Below are positions 63,020-64,000 of a DNA stretch of 64,000 nt, one piece after another. Every line of letters starts with the position of its first letter. The first letter of the stretch is position 1. This DNA is from Tubiluchus corallicola (Eukaryota > Animalia > Priapulida): the NCBI GenBank assembly GCA_030141605.1, contig JAQGDQ010000932.1:1-64000 (forward strand), in the 5' to 3' direction. The translations under genes and the position numbers were made by a program. The notes beneath the pieces are model-generated. The model searched no databases. It was given only the letters and a program-made list of their open reading frames with translations, and was not told where the DNA came from.

Positions 63020-64000
63020 ATGTCGAAGTGGCTAAAAGAAGAAGGTTTAAACATGACTGCTCTCCACAACGTAACGTATATGAATGAAAGTGACATTTTT
63101 ACTCGGAACACTGGTATCAGTAACCCCGGTACCACAATCATTTGCATCATCAAAGTTGTGTTCAACCTGCTCGGTGTTTATGTCACTGTTTCAAATTTGC
63201 TAGTCGTCGTCGCTGTCATTAAATATAGGAACTTGCAGAGTATTTCAAACTGGTTGGTGCTTAGCTTGGCATTGGCGGACGCAATTGTCGGCATAGCGGT
63301 AGTTCTGTTTTCTGTCGTGATGTTACAGAATGACTCTCCTGTTCCGATCCGTGCTTGTTTACTCGTGAATGTTTTATTGTTGATGTGCTCTTGTTGTTCC
63401 ATGGTAACTATTGCCTCGATTTCGGTCGAACGTTACATTGCCGTAGCGCATCCGTTTCTCTATCCACGAGTTATCCAATCTCGACGTGTTTTTGCCGCGA
63501 TCGTTACGACGTGGATATATTCCATTTCCTACGCACTGATGTCTCTGTATAATCATCGTATAACAAGTCCACGCGTCTGTTGTTCGCTTCATAATATGAT
63601 GGATCCCGCATACTTCAGATTTGCCAGCTTCACCGGCTTCATGTTGATGGCAATGCTCGCCGCTGCCTACGCCAGAATCATGCTAATTGCAAGACGCCAC
63701 CAACGGCAGATTCAATCAAGTTTGCAACAGCCAAGTTCTCAACTTCTGCAGAATATCAAAGCTGCAAAGATAATGCTCATCATTACCGGGACAGTTGTCA
63801 TTTGCTGGACACCCGTTAATATAAGTTTCTTGTTTTTGGTGAAATCAGTGCGTGGAAAGGAATATTTATATGTGGAAGTTTTCTGCTATGTATTGGCTTG
63901 TATAAACTCGATGGCTAATCCACTAATTTACGCTTGGAAACACGAAAATTTTAAGACAGCTTTCACGCACATATTGAAGTGCAAAAAGGGACGACCGCGT
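63020..64000 (+). CDS. Intronless class A (rhodopsin-like) GPCR, orphan adenosine/amine-receptor-like; stop codon beyond the window
   Basis: ORF from ATG 63020 (in-frame TAG at 62990) stays open to the window end, so it is missing from the ORF track. N-terminal sequons NMT/NVT/NES; TM1 SNLLVVVAV; TM2 LSLALAD; TM3 ISVERYIAV.HP; TM6 ICWTP; TM7 NSMANPLIY; helix 8 FKTAF. Confidence 0.93.
   Translation, partial: MSKWLKEEGLNMTALHNVTYMNESDIFTRNTGISNPGTTIICIIKVVFNLLGVYVTVSNLLVVVAVIKYRNLQSISNWLVLSLALADAIVGIAVVLFSVVMLQNDSPVPIRACLLVNVLLLMCSCCSMVTIASISVERYIAVAHPFLYPRVIQSRRVFAAIVTTWIYSISYALMSLYNHRITSPRVCCSLHNMMDPAYFRFASFTGFMLMAMLAAAYARIMLIARRHQRQIQSSLQQPSSQLLQNIKAAKIMLIITGTVVICWTPVNISFLFLVKSVRGKEYLYVEVFCYVLACINSMANPLIYAWKHENFKTAFTHILKCKKGRPR

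Overview
AT-rich, repeat-dense eukaryotic (animal) genomic DNA; the 5S-like sequence is consistent with a lophotrochozoan invertebrate (inference). Most entries in the ORF track are noise; the real genes are spliced and were reconstructed by hand. They are: (1) a divergent 8-exon annexin on the minus strand (14591-7288, ~324 aa), with a recent 2.5 kb duplicate of exons 5-6 downstream and an inverted copy of its 3' flank at the window start; (2) AGGF1 on the plus strand (OCRE, FHA and G-patch domains, ~780 aa, one GC-AG intron); (3) a conserved uncharacterised RWD/UBC-like + Cys-motif gene on the plus strand, incomplete at its 3' end; (4) an intronless class A GPCR running off the right end, apparently nested in an intron of gene 3. 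The top observation is that two copies of one ~730 bp TIR/TSD-bounded (Mutator-like) element lie upstream of AGGF1 and of the RWD-like gene. Each copy carries housekeeping promoter-type motifs plus ATGGCGGC..|GTAAGT, and in each case the splice phase fits the next exon of the adjacent gene, suggesting a mobile promoter/first-exon cassette. Also present: a twister ribozyme at the 5' end of a short non-autonomous RTE in an AGGF1 intron, a 5S rRNA-headed SINE, many MITEs, LINE relics and satellites.
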